NCBI GenBank assembly: GCA_040384485.1
Contig: JAZKJH010000002.1
Span: 86,235 to 150,234, forward strand
Reading direction: 5' to 3'
DNA length: 64,000 nt
Source: Patescibacteria group bacterium
GTDB lineage: Bacteria > Patescibacteriota > Minisyncoccia > Phycocordibacterales > DATDWN01
Both the position numbers and the translations under genes were made by a program. Within the stretch, counting starts at the first letter, position 1. Each line of letters starts with the position of its first letter. Shown here piece after piece: positions 26,919 to 36,496 of this stretch. The notes below the pieces were generated by a model. That model was not told where the DNA came from and did not search any database. It was given only the letters and a program-made list of their open reading frames with translations.

Positions 26919-27731
26919 ATGTATGAAGAAGTTATAAAAAAAACTGGAGCAAACCCTGGACCGAAGAGTGTGGTGTTTGCCGGAATCCACGGTAATGAGA
27001 AATGCGGTGTGCTTGCTTTTGAAAAAGTATTAAAAGACTTAAATATCGAAAATGGGGAAGTAACTTTTGTATACGGCAACCCGAGAGCCATTGAACAAGA
27101 TGTTAGATTTACAGAGGTAAATCTAAACAGAATGTTTAAACCAGAGGAGGGGATGACACTAGATGAAAAAAATAGTTACGAATATAACAGAGCCCAATAT
27201 TTAAAACAATTTTTGAATCAATCTGATTTTTTGCTCGATATCCATGCAAGTTTTACGCTAGACAGTAAACCCTTTGTAATATGTGAACCGAATGCTAATG
27301 ATATTGTTCAATACCTACCTTTTGACTTGGTGGTCCATGGGTTTGATGAACATGAACCAGGTGGAACTGATTACTACATGAACAAGATTGGAAAGATTGG
27401 AATATGTGTCGAGTGTGGTTATTTAGGAGATACAAAATCTACCGATATTGCAGTAGAAACTATCTACTCTTTTTTGAAAGCAGTTGGTCACATAGAAAGC
27501 GTCTTAAGTGTTGGAGAAAAAGATTATATATCTGTGTATTACTTGTATCATACAAAAACAGACAATTTTAGAATCACTAAAGATTTCAGAGACTTTGAGG
27601 AAATAATGCAGGGAACACTAATAGCAATGGATGGCGATACCGAGGTCAGAGCTGACAGAGATTGCTACATAATTTTTGCAAGAAATAGAAATAAAATAGG
27701 AGACGAAGGTTTTCTTTTGGCAGCCAAATAA
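26919..27731 (+). CDS. succinylglutamate desuccinylase/aspartoacylase-family zinc hydrolase
   Basis: VVFAGIHGNEKCG Zn-binding motif of the AstE/AspA family. About 270 aa. Confidence 0.7.
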   Translation: MYEEVIKKTGANPGPKSVVFAGIHGNEKCGVLAFEKVLKDLNIENGEVTFVYGNPRAIEQDVRFTEVNLNRMFKPEEGMTLDEKNSYEYNRAQYLKQFLNQSDFLLDIHASFTLDSKPFVICEPNANDIVQYLPFDLVVHGFDEHEPGGTDYYMNKIGKIGICVECGYLGDTKSTDIAVETIYSFLKAVGHIESVLSVGEKDYISVYYLYHTKTDNFRITKDFRDFEEIMQGTLIAMDGDTEVRADRDCYIIFARNRNKIGDEGFLLAAK

Positions 27732-27732
27732 A

Positions 27733-27765
27733 AAAGCCTTGCGTATTCTTCAATACGCAAGGCTC
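27733..27765 (-). terminator. intrinsic terminator (for minus-strand gene 27770-28465)
   Basis: gccttgcgtatt-cttc-aatacgcaaggc hairpin with a T-run on the minus strand. Confidence 0.6.
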
Positions 27766-27769
27766 GAGC

Positions 27770-28465
27770 TTAAGGTGACAGTGAAGATCTCAGTTCTTCG
27801 TTGAACTCTCTTCCAAGAACAACACGTCCATCATTGCCTGGATACCTGGCGATCACACGATATCCGAGTTTTTCGGTATACCACGTGTAAGTAACTGATG
27901 GTTCAGGAAACTGTCTGGTTCTGACCACGCCATACTTGAGACCTCTCGAAAGAAAATCTTCGAGTCTCTTCAGGACTAGCCGCTTTGCAACCTTGAAGTT
28001 CCTGTAGTTGAGTAGAACACCGACTTCGTTCTGGTAAGCAATAGTTTGCCCGCTCAGATTTTCCGTTGGGTTGAATTCAAGGCCGAGTTTCTTTTCCAAG
28101 TCATCAGCTAACATTGGGTAACCCCAACAAAAACCAATCACTTTGAACTGGTCAACGGCCAACCAGCAGGACGAATCCTGAACCAGGTCACGCCGGATAT
28201 TTCCGAGAACCTCGGTCCTTGTCCAGAAATCAACCAAAGGCTTTTCACAGTGGACGAATCCGAGCTGTACCAGCTCTTCTCTGTCTTTTGTACCCCAGTA
28301 TTTTTCACAGACACAGCATTTGAGCCACTCGTTCCAAGGTCTATCTTGGAAAACATCTTTGTAACACTCAATCAACTGTGCTGTTCGGGAATGGTCGCTG
28401 TCATCGTATTCTTCAATTGCAACATGCATACTAGCCACCTTTCTACTTGGAATGCTAGCATACAT
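27770..28465 (-). CDS. hypothetical protein, possibly GNAT-like (GC-rich)
   Basis: 231 aa. A weak acetyl-CoA-binding-like segment YRNFKVAKRLVLKRLEDF. Higher GC than its neighbours. Confidence 0.4.
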   Translation of the reverse strand: MYASIPSRKVASMHVAIEEYDDSDHSRTAQLIECYKDVFQDRPWNEWLKCCVCEKYWGTKDREELVQLGFVHCEKPLVDFWTRTEVLGNIRRDLVQDSSCWLAVDQFKVIGFCWGYPMLADDLEKKLGLEFNPTENLSGQTIAYQNEVGVLLNYRNFKVAKRLVLKRLEDFLSRGLKYGVVRTRQFPEPSVTYTWYTEKLGYRVIARYPGNDGRVVLGREFNEELRSSLSP

Positions 28466-28518
28466 GTTTTTAAATCAATACTTGACAAATATTTTTTTTA
28501 AGTTAGGATGAATAGATC

Positions 28519-28641
28519 ATGAAAAACATGAATACAAAAGCGAATATCGGTTGTACGCAGGCACACACCTACGGAGTGTTTTCTGTACCAACATTCATCC
28601 TTGCTGAGAGCAAGGGTTTGCGCTGTATTTCTAGTATTTAA
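28519..28641 (+). CDS. candidate 40-aa small ORF upstream of the ABC exporter pair (speculative)
   Basis: ATG with AGGATG about 9 nt upstream. MKNMNTKANIGCTQAHTYGVFSVPTFILAESKGLRCISSI. Followed by a bidirectional terminator at 28663-28692. Not in the ORF track because it is under 60 aa. Confidence 0.2.
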   Translation: MKNMNTKANIGCTQAHTYGVFSVPTFILAESKGLRCISSI

Positions 28642-28662
28642 CCAAACTATTGTTTGAATACT

Positions 28663-28692
28663 AAAAATGCCGCGTAATAGCGGCATTTTTAG
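28663..28692. terminator. bidirectional intrinsic terminator
   Basis: aaaa-atgccgc-gtaata-gcggcat-tttt. Confidence 0.55.
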
Positions 28693-28861
28693 TTCTTTGG
28701 TTAAAACTTCATAATTTGGCCTGTTTCGTTGTTAGACCTCGGTAAAATAATTATCACAATAGTATTCCTATTGCTCTAATTATTTTCCTTGTCTGCCTAG
28801 AAACAAACTCAGATTCTGAGAGTTTTAAGAGTTCTTTCGCAATTACATAAGGAGGGTCGTT

Positions 28862-30640
28862 ATGGGTAACGAAGAGGTGTCGGAAAAGAAAAATGCATTC
28901 ACATACCTTTTTGGAAGGATGTGGAAGTTTTCAGAGGGTAACCGCAAGAAAGTGGTTTTATATTTAGTTCTCTCAGTAATGAGTGAGCTGGTTAACACAT
29001 TTTGGTCACCTTTGGTTATGGCGGCGATTATGAACATTCTGGTCACAGAAGGTGCAAATTTGGAGAAAATTATTCCAATTATGCTCCTTTTGCCGCTGGG
29101 TAGTTTCTTGTCGTGGTCATTTCATGGACCCTCAAGGTATCTTGAGGAAGTTAACGCTTTTCTAGCGAGAGCAAATTATCGCAAATACCAGTTGCAGGGT
29201 GTGATGGACATGCCACTAAAATGGCACAACGAACACCACACTGGGGACACTGTCGACAAACTTGAAAAAGGGGCATCCTCGATTTATGAGTTTTCCTCTG
29301 AATCATTTCAATTTGTTAAACCATTAGTCAAGCTAATTGGTTGTTTTGCGGCTGTGACCTACTTTAGCAATGTTTCCGCTTTCATAGTGGTTGCCATTAT
29401 GATTATCGGGATACTTGTTACTGTAAAAATCGACAATTTTTGCGGGTCTATCATCAGATACATCAGCAAGCAGGAAAACATTCTTTCTGAGAGTGTTCAC
29501 GACACAATCAACAACATTTCAACCATCATTACCTTGCGCGTCGAGCATTTGGCTTTCAAATCGATTGTGCAAAAAATCATGATTCCGTTTGATCAGTTCA
29601 AAAAAATGATTATGTTGAATGAAGGCAAGTGGTTTGTTACGAGCATGTGCTGCTCATTTATGACCATTGCTGTTTACTATGTTTATTTCCTTCAGCACCC
29701 AGGGGGTAAGGAGGCAGTAAACATAGGGAGTTTCTATCTAGTTGTGAACTACCTCAATAAAGTCAGCGAGCTGTTCAACCAGTTTACTGGACTCTATGGG
29801 TGGACCATTCGACGGAAATACAGGCTGCAAAATGGAGAGAAGCTTTCCAGAGATTTTATCAGTCGAAGTTTTGCAGATCATCATTTGCCCGGCAACTGGG
29901 AGAAAATCCAAGTTTCAAACCTTTGGTTTACTCACGGTTCCTCAGATGATGATAATCCACATCTCGATGATGTGTCCTTTGATATCTATCGCGGCGAGAC
30001 TATTGCCACAGTGGGACCGAGCGGTTCAGGCAAAAGCACTCTCCTTATGGTAACCAGAGATATGTATCATCCACAAACTGTGGAAGTTCTTGTTGATGGT
30101 ATGCGTGCACCTCTTGGTTTCAAGAGTATCAGCAAGGCGATATCTTTTGTTCAGCAAGAGCCCCAGATTCTTGAGCAAAGCATCAAGGATAACATTACAT
30201 TCGGAGAAGAATACAGTGATGAACTGATTCGTCTATATTCAGATGTAGCTTGCTTTTCAGAAGTCGTGGACTCGTTACCGAAAGGCTATGATTCTATGAT
30301 CAAAGAAAAAGGCGTTAACCTCTCTGGTGGGCAAGTTCAAAGACTTGCACTCACTAGGGGTTTGCTTGCGAGCCACGACAAAGACATTGTCCTCTTGGAT
30401 GAGCCGACAAGTAGTCTTGATTCCGTTACAGCAATGAAAGTTTTTAAAAACATCATTGAACAGTTCAAAGGTAAGACAGTTATCTCATCAGTGCACACCC
30501 TCCAAATGCTGCCATTGTTCGACCGTGTTTTTATGTTCGACAAAGGCAAGCTTGTTGGAGCGGGAACTATTCCCGAGTTACTCAAGACTTGTCCCGAGTT
30601 TGTAAAACTTTGGGAGGAGCAGTTCGCAGAGTGTGCTTAG
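28862..30640 (+). CDS. ABC exporter, fused TMD-NBD half-transporter (canonical NBD)
   Basis: Six-TM N-terminal domain. Walker A GPSGSGKST, signature LSGGQVQRLALTR, Walker B IVLLDEPTS, H-loop SVHTL. Confidence 0.85.
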   Translation: MGNEEVSEKKNAFTYLFGRMWKFSEGNRKKVVLYLVLSVMSELVNTFWSPLVMAAIMNILVTEGANLEKIIPIMLLLPLGSFLSWSFHGPSRYLEEVNAFLARANYRKYQLQGVMDMPLKWHNEHHTGDTVDKLEKGASSIYEFSSESFQFVKPLVKLIGCFAAVTYFSNVSAFIVVAIMIIGILVTVKIDNFCGSIIRYISKQENILSESVHDTINNISTIITLRVEHLAFKSIVQKIMIPFDQFKKMIMLNEGKWFVTSMCCSFMTIAVYYVYFLQHPGGKEAVNIGSFYLVVNYLNKVSELFNQFTGLYGWTIRRKYRLQNGEKLSRDFISRSFADHHLPGNWEKIQVSNLWFTHGSSDDDNPHLDDVSFDIYRGETIATVGPSGSGKSTLLMVTRDMYHPQTVEVLVDGMRAPLGFKSISKAISFVQQEPQILEQSIKDNITFGEEYSDELIRLYSDVACFSEVVDSLPKGYDSMIKEKGVNLSGGQVQRLALTRGLLASHDKDIVLLDEPTSSLDSVTAMKVFKNIIEQFKGKTVISSVHTLQMLPLFDRVFMFDKGKLVGAGTIPELLKTCPEFVKLWEEQFAECA

Positions 30641-30646
30641 GTACAC

Positions 30647-30679
30647 ACCCCCGTTTCCGAAAGGAAGCGGGGTTTTTTT
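30647..30679 (+). terminator. intrinsic terminator
   Basis: cccccgtttcc-gaaa-ggaagcgggg followed by T7. Confidence 0.7.
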
Positions 30680-30707
30680 ATACAGGGTTTTTTGCTACAA
30701 TGTTTGT

Positions 30708-31661
30708 ATGAGTAAAAAAACGTTACTTTCAGGGGTAAAACCGACTGGGAGACCACATATTGGAAACTATTTTGGAGCAATGAAGCAGTTTGTAGATATG
30801 CAAGAAGAACACAATAGTATGGTTTTTGTTGCCGACTATCATGCACTCAACTTTATCCAAGATGGGGAAGAGATGAAAAAACAAATTCTAGATTTAACTC
30901 TAGACTATCTAGCAATAGGCCTTGATCCGCAAAAAACTATTATCTACAAGCAGTCAGATATTCCAGAACATGCAGAGTTAACTTGGATTTTCGACACCAT
31001 AACTACTATGCCGTATCTTATGCGGGCACATGCATACAAGGATGCTGAGGCGAAGGATAAAGAAATAAGTGTTGGAACTTTTAATTATCCAATGCTTATG
31101 TCAGCTGACATTCTTATGTACGATCCTGACATAGTTCCAGTAGGGCAGGACCAGAAGCAACATGTTGAATACGCTAGAGACACCGCTCAGAAATTCAACC
31201 ACGTATTTAAAAAAGAAGTTTTCAAACTCCCTGATGTAAAAATAATAGAAGATGTGGCTGTCGTTCCAGGAACCGACGGAAGAAAAATGAGTAAAAGTTA
31301 TGGCAACACTATTCCACTTTTTGCTGAGGATGCTGAAATAGAAAAAGCAGTTATGTCTATTGTGACTGACTCTGGAAGCGACATCCCAGAAAATGTTTAT
31401 GCAATTCACAGACTTTTAAAATCAGAAGAGGAGTTGAAACCATTATACGAGGAGCACAAAGGGAAATATAAAGCTCTGAAGGAAGCACTCATAGTTGATA
31501 TGAAAGCTTTTATTGGCCCACTACGTGAAAAAAGAAAACAATTAGAAAATGATACTGACTACGTCTTAGATATTCTAAAAGAAGGAGGCAAGAGAGCAAA
31601 AATGCAAGCTGAGAAAAAAATGGAACTCGTTCGAGAGGCTATCGGAGTAAAGCTGTACTAA
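30708..31661 (+). CDS. trpS: tryptophanyl-tRNA synthetase
   Basis: TGRPHIGNYFGA (HIGH-type motif) and KMSKS (GRKMSKSYGN). TACAAT sits 7 nt before the ATG, which suggests a leaderless transcript. Confidence 0.9.
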   Translation: MSKKTLLSGVKPTGRPHIGNYFGAMKQFVDMQEEHNSMVFVADYHALNFIQDGEEMKKQILDLTLDYLAIGLDPQKTIIYKQSDIPEHAELTWIFDTITTMPYLMRAHAYKDAEAKDKEISVGTFNYPMLMSADILMYDPDIVPVGQDQKQHVEYARDTAQKFNHVFKKEVFKLPDVKIIEDVAVVPGTDGRKMSKSYGNTIPLFAEDAEIEKAVMSIVTDSGSDIPENVYAIHRLLKSEEELKPLYEEHKGKYKALKEALIVDMKAFIGPLREKRKQLENDTDYVLDILKEGGKRAKMQAEKKMELVREAIGVKLY

Positions 31662-31664
31662 TCA

Positions 31665-33509
31665 ATGGAAAGCAAAACTGATACTAAAAAAGATAACCAT
31701 ACACTACAAGGTTTTTTAAATTTTTCTAATGTATTAAAAAATTTAAAAAAAGCGCTTAATTTTGCGGCTAGATACGACAAGAGTAGAGTTTACACTTTGT
31801 TTACTATTGCAGCTTTAACAGCAGTCATTCCATATGTTCAAAATGGGCTTTTTGGAAGAATGGTGGATGTTGTTCTGTCATATAAAGACCAACAAACGGA
31901 CATCAATTCAGTGGTTGTTACTGTGGCATTGCTTATTGTGGCGACTGCGATACCTAACGTACTTGATTTAATACGCAATTTTGTTGAAGTTAACTACAGG
32001 TTTAATCTTGTAAGGAATCTTGATTTGCATTTCAATGAAAAAATAAGCACCTTGGATATTGCAACTATTGAAGGGACTGAATACCAGGAGCTAGTTCAAA
32101 AAGCTAATGAAAGAGGGACAATGAGCATCTACAGCTTTCTTGCTTTTTGTATGGACAACTTATCCAACCTAGTTGGGGTGATTGTTTCTTTTGTTATTTT
32201 AGGTTTTCTTGATCAGACACTGCTCTTTTACGCATTTTTCGGAGCATTACCAGCCTTGTATGTGCAGTTAAGGTATGGAAAAGATATTTATTGGATTTGG
32301 GATTTGAATGCAAACAATAGAAGAAAATATTTTAACAGAAGGCAGCATTTTTGGGGGACTACAAATCTAACCGAGATGAAAGTTTATCAGCTAAGCAAAA
32401 GATTTCTTTTTGAAATAAAGAAAATTTTGAATAGTTTTGATGACGAGCTAAAAGGGGCCGAGAGAAGCAAACTTGCCTGGGAACTTTTTGCATTAGCAAC
32501 ATTCGCTGTATTTTCAGGATTTGCATTATGGAGAGTTGCTACGCTTACTCTACTAGATATTTTACCTATTGGACAAATGCTTTTCGCTTATACCACTTAC
32601 AGAGGTTTTAAGGGAACATTGGGTCAATTTTTTAGAAGAGTTGGTAGCATGACAGAATTTTCGAATTACTCCTCATATTGGTTTGAGATTGATGCATTGG
32701 AACCAAAAATAAAAGATAATAAATCTTCTTTGAAGGTGGATTACAAGAATAATCCTCCAAAAATTGAGTTTAAAAATGTGAGCTTTCGTTATAATAAATC
32801 TAACAATAACTATGCCTTGAAGGATATGTCATTTGTTATAAATCCAGGAGAAAAAATTGCAATCGTTGGTTTATCTGGTGCAGGTAAAACTACTTTGATT
32901 AAACTTTTGTGTCGAGTATATGATCCAGAAACCGGGTACATTTTGATCAACGACACAGATTTGAGAAATATAAGTTTGGAGGACTGGCAGAAACAATTGG
33001 CAGTTCTGTTTCAGGATTATGCCAGTTATGAGTTTACTGCAAAGGAAGCTATTGCAATAGGAGATTCCAGTAAGCCGTTAGATATGGAAAAAGTGTTGCT
33101 TGCTGCAAAAATGGCCAAGGCAGATAATTTTATAGAAAGATTACCTAAGAAGTATGACCAGTTACTTTGGAAGGGATTCGAAGATGGCGTTGAGCTTTCT
33201 AAAGGGGAAAGACAGCGTATGGCACTTGCCCGTGTATTGTATCGAGAATCGCCAGTTACCGTTTTGGATGAACCTACTGCTTCTGTTGATGCATTAGCAG
33301 AATTAGAAATATTTGAGACATTAGAACAACTCCCAGCTGATAGAACTGTAATACTTATTTCACACAGATTTAGTACTGTAAAAAATGCTGACAATATAAT
33401 AGTTATCGAATACGGGCAGATCGTAGAAGAAGGTAAGCACGCTACCTTACTAGAACGTGATGGAAAGTATGCAGAGCTTTATAAAGCGCAAGCTGATAGT
33501 TATAAATAA
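31665..33509 (+). CDS. ABC exporter half-transporter with degenerate signature motif
   Basis: Walker A GLSGAGKTT, degenerate signature LSKGERQRMALARV (LSGGQ replaced by LSKGE), Walker B VTVLDEPTAS. Likely heterodimer partner of 28862-30640. Confidence 0.85.
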   Translation: MESKTDTKKDNHTLQGFLNFSNVLKNLKKALNFAARYDKSRVYTLFTIAALTAVIPYVQNGLFGRMVDVVLSYKDQQTDINSVVVTVALLIVATAIPNVLDLIRNFVEVNYRFNLVRNLDLHFNEKISTLDIATIEGTEYQELVQKANERGTMSIYSFLAFCMDNLSNLVGVIVSFVILGFLDQTLLFYAFFGALPALYVQLRYGKDIYWIWDLNANNRRKYFNRRQHFWGTTNLTEMKVYQLSKRFLFEIKKILNSFDDELKGAERSKLAWELFALATFAVFSGFALWRVATLTLLDILPIGQMLFAYTTYRGFKGTLGQFFRRVGSMTEFSNYSSYWFEIDALEPKIKDNKSSLKVDYKNNPPKIEFKNVSFRYNKSNNNYALKDMSFVINPGEKIAIVGLSGAGKTTLIKLLCRVYDPETGYILINDTDLRNISLEDWQKQLAVLFQDYASYEFTAKEAIAIGDSSKPLDMEKVLLAAKMAKADNFIERLPKKYDQLLWKGFEDGVELSKGERQRMALARVLYRESPVTVLDEPTASVDALAELEIFETLEQLPADRTVILISHRFSTVKNADNIIVIEYGQIVEEGKHATLLERDGKYAELYKAQADSYK

Positions 33510-34295
33510 ATGGATATTCAGAAATTAATACTAACAAGTGAGGAGTATAAGAAGGTAAGGTTTACTACTCCATATATATTAGAGATTAGTAATGAAAAAC
33601 AAGAGCTTGTATATTTAGGAGTTCAGCATTCTACTGATATTCAAAACCCACAGTTTGAAACAATAGAAAAGCACTGGCGGGATTTTATAAAGGATAAAAC
33701 CACTTCCGAATGCGTGGTTGTAATTGAGAGTGGCTTACTGAGTACAAATCTAGTAAAAGAAGATGCAGTGATAAAACAAGGAGAGTCTGGGCTGACTGTT
33801 TTCTTGGCGCAAGAGTCAGGTGTGGAGGTTCTTTGTTTTGAACCCAATAGAATAGAAGTTATGCAAAGCTTGCTTAGTAAGTTTTCAAAGGAAGCATTGT
33901 TTTATCATCATGTTGCTCAGATGTTGTTACAGTGGAATAGATATGTAAACAAGCCTGAATTTAATAGTTATATTGATAAGGTGATTCAAAACGACAAAAC
34001 TAGAACTGGTTGGGATGATTTAGATTTTTCATTTGATAACATACAAAAAATTCACAAATCAATTTTTCAAAATGATATAGATATAAACGATAAAGATTTT
34101 TTTAACAAAATAGTGAATCCGCATTTGGATTTTTCTGTAATAAATAAAATTAGTAAATCCTACACAGATATACGAGAAGTAAAAATAGTTGAAGGTATAC
34201 ATGAACAGTGGAACCTCGGTAAGAGTATCTTTGTGGTTTATGGTTGTGGTCATGCTATTGTTCAAGAAAGAGCACTAAGAGAACTATTGAAATAA
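33510..34295 (+). CDS. hypothetical protein (261 aa)
   Basis: Start codon abuts the upstream ABC stop. AT-rich. No recognisable motif. Confidence 0.45.
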   Translation: MDIQKLILTSEEYKKVRFTTPYILEISNEKQELVYLGVQHSTDIQNPQFETIEKHWRDFIKDKTTSECVVVIESGLLSTNLVKEDAVIKQGESGLTVFLAQESGVEVLCFEPNRIEVMQSLLSKFSKEALFYHHVAQMLLQWNRYVNKPEFNSYIDKVIQNDKTRTGWDDLDFSFDNIQKIHKSIFQNDIDINDKDFFNKIVNPHLDFSVINKISKSYTDIREVKIVEGIHEQWNLGKSIFVVYGCGHAIVQERALRELLK

Positions 34296-34305
34296 TTGAG
34301 GCGGG

Positions 34306-34551
34306 TTGCGGTTTTTTGAGTCAAATTGTATAATATTTTTACCTAAAATGACTATTGGAAAAAAAATATTAATAATGTTAAGTTCATTATTGCTAGGGTT
34401 GGTTACTTTCTTCGCTCTATTTTTTATGGGGATATACCTGTTGGGAGATTCTAGTGGTTTTGCTGTTTTAATGGTTGTTCCGTTGTTAATTCCACTGTCT
34501 TTATTTAGTATCTATTTCTATTATCGCCTTCTTAAAATCAGGTTTGCTTAA
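34306..34551 (+). CDS. small two-TM membrane protein
   Basis: 81 aa with two hydrophobic helices. Confidence 0.4.
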   Translation: MRFFESNCIIFLPKMTIGKKILIMLSSLLLGLVTFFALFFMGIYLLGDSSGFAVLMVVPLLIPLSLFSIYFYYRLLKIRFA

Positions 34552-34576
34552 GTGATTCAAGATTTATATTAAAACA

Positions 34577-34605
34577 GTTGCAGGTTTTTCGCGCAAATTG
34601 TATAC
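34577..34605 (+). promoter_or_regulatory. promoter TTGCAG-17-TATACT for the aspS leader
   Basis: ttgcaggtttttcgcgcaaattgTATACT sits just upstream of the T-box leader. Confidence 0.4.
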
Positions 34606-34611
34606 TAACTT

Positions 34612-34798
34612 TACCTACGACCCGGCCGACACCGGTGAGGTGAAGAAAGAAAACCCCAGGGTGAGTAGAATCTTCCGGCACTGCACCGTCTGCAGAAATT
34701 AAGAAAAAAACAGGGTGGCACCGCGATGAAATCGCCCCTGCGAAGTCATTACTTTAATGAATTCGGAGGGGTTATTTTATTACTTCAAACTAAAAACT
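34612..34798 (+). ncRNA. T-box riboswitch leader (Asp/Asn-type) upstream of aspS
   Basis: Conserved T-box core cAGGGTGGcACCGCG at 34711-34725. The variable base C of UGGC would pair with a G73 discriminator. A GAC-A specifier candidate lies in ggccGACAccgg. The leader is GC-rich and structured, about 190 nt, in an AT-rich genome. Confidence 0.6.
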
Positions 34799-36148
34799 AT
34801 GACAAATAGAATATTTATTAAAGATTTAGCGCAACATGTTGGTGCAGAGGTCCTAATAAAAGGATGGGTGGATATCCGTCGAGACCAAGGTAAGTTGGTT
34901 TTTATGGACATGCGAGACATGACAGGAAGAGTTCAGTGTGTAGTTTTACCAAATCATGCTGAAGCTATCGAGCAAGTAAAGGACGTAAGACTTGAATGGG
35001 TTCTAGCTATTAAAGGCTTAGTAAATAAAAGACCAGAACGAAATATAAAGGCTGGAGTTGTAAATGGAGATATTGAGCTAGAAATTCTAGATATCAATGT
35101 TCTAGCAAAAGCAGAGCCGCTGCCATTCGACATGTCAGTTGGTGGTTATAATGTTGACCTAACCACAGAGCTAGATAACAGAGCACTAGTTCTTCGTCAA
35201 CCAAAAGTCCAGGCTGTTTTTAAAGTTCAAGAAACTGTTATAGATTCTTTCAGAGAGTATATGAAAAAGAATAACTTCTTTGAATTCCAAGCTCCAGCCA
35301 TAACTCCTGCAACTGCCGAGGGGGGAGCAGAAGTTTTTCAAATTGATTACTTTGATAAAAAGGCTTATCTGTCACAATCTCCTCAGTTGTATAAACAGAT
35401 AGTTATGTCAGCTTTTGAAAGATGTTTTTCTGTAAACAAAGTTTTTCGAGCCGAGCCTTCTTCGACTACACGTCATCTAACAGAAATAGTTTCTTTGGAT
35501 GCCGAGATGGGGTTTATCGATTCTTGGACTGATGTGCGTGATATGGCAGAAGAAACTGTTAGGCACATCCTAAATCAGGTAAAAGAGAGAAACGCTGAAC
35601 ATTTAAAAACTCTCGATGTTGAGTTGCCAGTTATGTTGGATAAAACTCCAACTATGTCACTAAGAGAGGTTCAACAAAAGATTTTTGATAAAACCGGAAG
35701 AGATGTTCGGGGTGAAAAAGATACCAACCCACAGGATGAAAGAGAGATATGTGAAATAATAAAGGAGGAGACTGGTTCAGACTTCATATTCATATATGGT
35801 TATCCAACTCGTAAAAAACCATTTTATGTTTATCCAAATCCTGAAGAACCAGAGTTCAACGAAGGAATGGACTTGATCTGCCGAGGTGTTGAATGGCTGT
35901 CCGGAGGAAGAAGAGTAAATGATTACCAGCAGTTATTAAACCATGCTAAAGAGTGGGGAATGGATGAGAGTAAAATCAAAATGTTTCTACAGGCATTCAA
36001 GTATGGTGTACCACCTGAAGGCGGGTTTGCTTTTGGTGCTGAGAGAATCACAATGCAACTACTTGGTCTGAAAAACGTTCGTGAGGCATCAATGTTCCCA
36101 CGAGATATGAACCGAATCGATGAGAGACTTACAGAGGAAGGTTACTAA
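34799..36148 (+). CDS. aspS: aspartyl-tRNA synthetase, short archaeal/eukaryal-type (class IIb)
   Basis: About 450 aa. N-terminal OB fold (…VLIKGWVDIRRDQGKLVFMDMRD…). Class II motifs …FRAE…, …GGAEVF…. Lacks the bacterial GAD insertion. Confidence 0.9.
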   Translation: MTNRIFIKDLAQHVGAEVLIKGWVDIRRDQGKLVFMDMRDMTGRVQCVVLPNHAEAIEQVKDVRLEWVLAIKGLVNKRPERNIKAGVVNGDIELEILDINVLAKAEPLPFDMSVGGYNVDLTTELDNRALVLRQPKVQAVFKVQETVIDSFREYMKKNNFFEFQAPAITPATAEGGAEVFQIDYFDKKAYLSQSPQLYKQIVMSAFERCFSVNKVFRAEPSSTTRHLTEIVSLDAEMGFIDSWTDVRDMAEETVRHILNQVKERNAEHLKTLDVELPVMLDKTPTMSLREVQQKIFDKTGRDVRGEKDTNPQDEREICEIIKEETGSDFIFIYGYPTRKKPFYVYPNPEEPEFNEGMDLICRGVEWLSGGRRVNDYQQLLNHAKEWGMDESKIKMFLQAFKYGVPPEGGFAFGAERITMQLLGLKNVREASMFPRDMNRIDERLTEEGY

Positions 36149-36159
36149 AAGATTTAATT

Positions 36160-36190
36160 AAAAACCTCCGCTATAATACGCGGAGGTTTT
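36160..36190. terminator. bidirectional intrinsic terminator
   Basis: aaaaa-cctccgc-tataatac-gcggagg-tttt. Confidence 0.7.
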
Positions 36191-36416
36191 GTGGTGGGAT
36201 CAACTTTACCTTTTCTTCATTCAGGATTTCAGTACTCATACAGGCCAGAGACGGGTCATTCCATTTGGCGTCTCTTTCGTAAACACAAGAAACTCCATCG
36301 TAATAGTCCACAATCTTAAAAGGACCATAGTAGTATTCTTTTGGTTGTCGTATGTATGTGAGAACTGTCAGAATCACTAGAATAACGAAAAGGACAAGTA
36401 ACATCTTTTTTCCCAA
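36171..36416 (-). CDS. small membrane-anchored protein (81 aa)
   Basis: N-terminal TM MGKKMLLVLFVILVILTVLTYI. The C-terminal codons overlap the terminator hairpin. Confidence 0.4.
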   Translation of the reverse strand: MGKKMLLVLFVILVILTVLTYIRQPKEYYYGPFKIVDYYDGVSCVYERDAKWNDPSLACMSTEILNEEKVKLIPPQNLRVL

Positions 36417-36496
36417 AAGAAACCTCCAGATTAAAGGCTACTATATATGTATAAAATTGCAATAACACAGCAAAGCTTATATTATTATATAAAACT

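Noticed and set aside
28498-28686. Minus-strand 62-aa ORF in the pre-ABC intergenic region
   Set aside because: No SD, and it runs through the bidirectional terminator. The plus-strand 40-aa ORF is marginally better supported, but both may be spurious.
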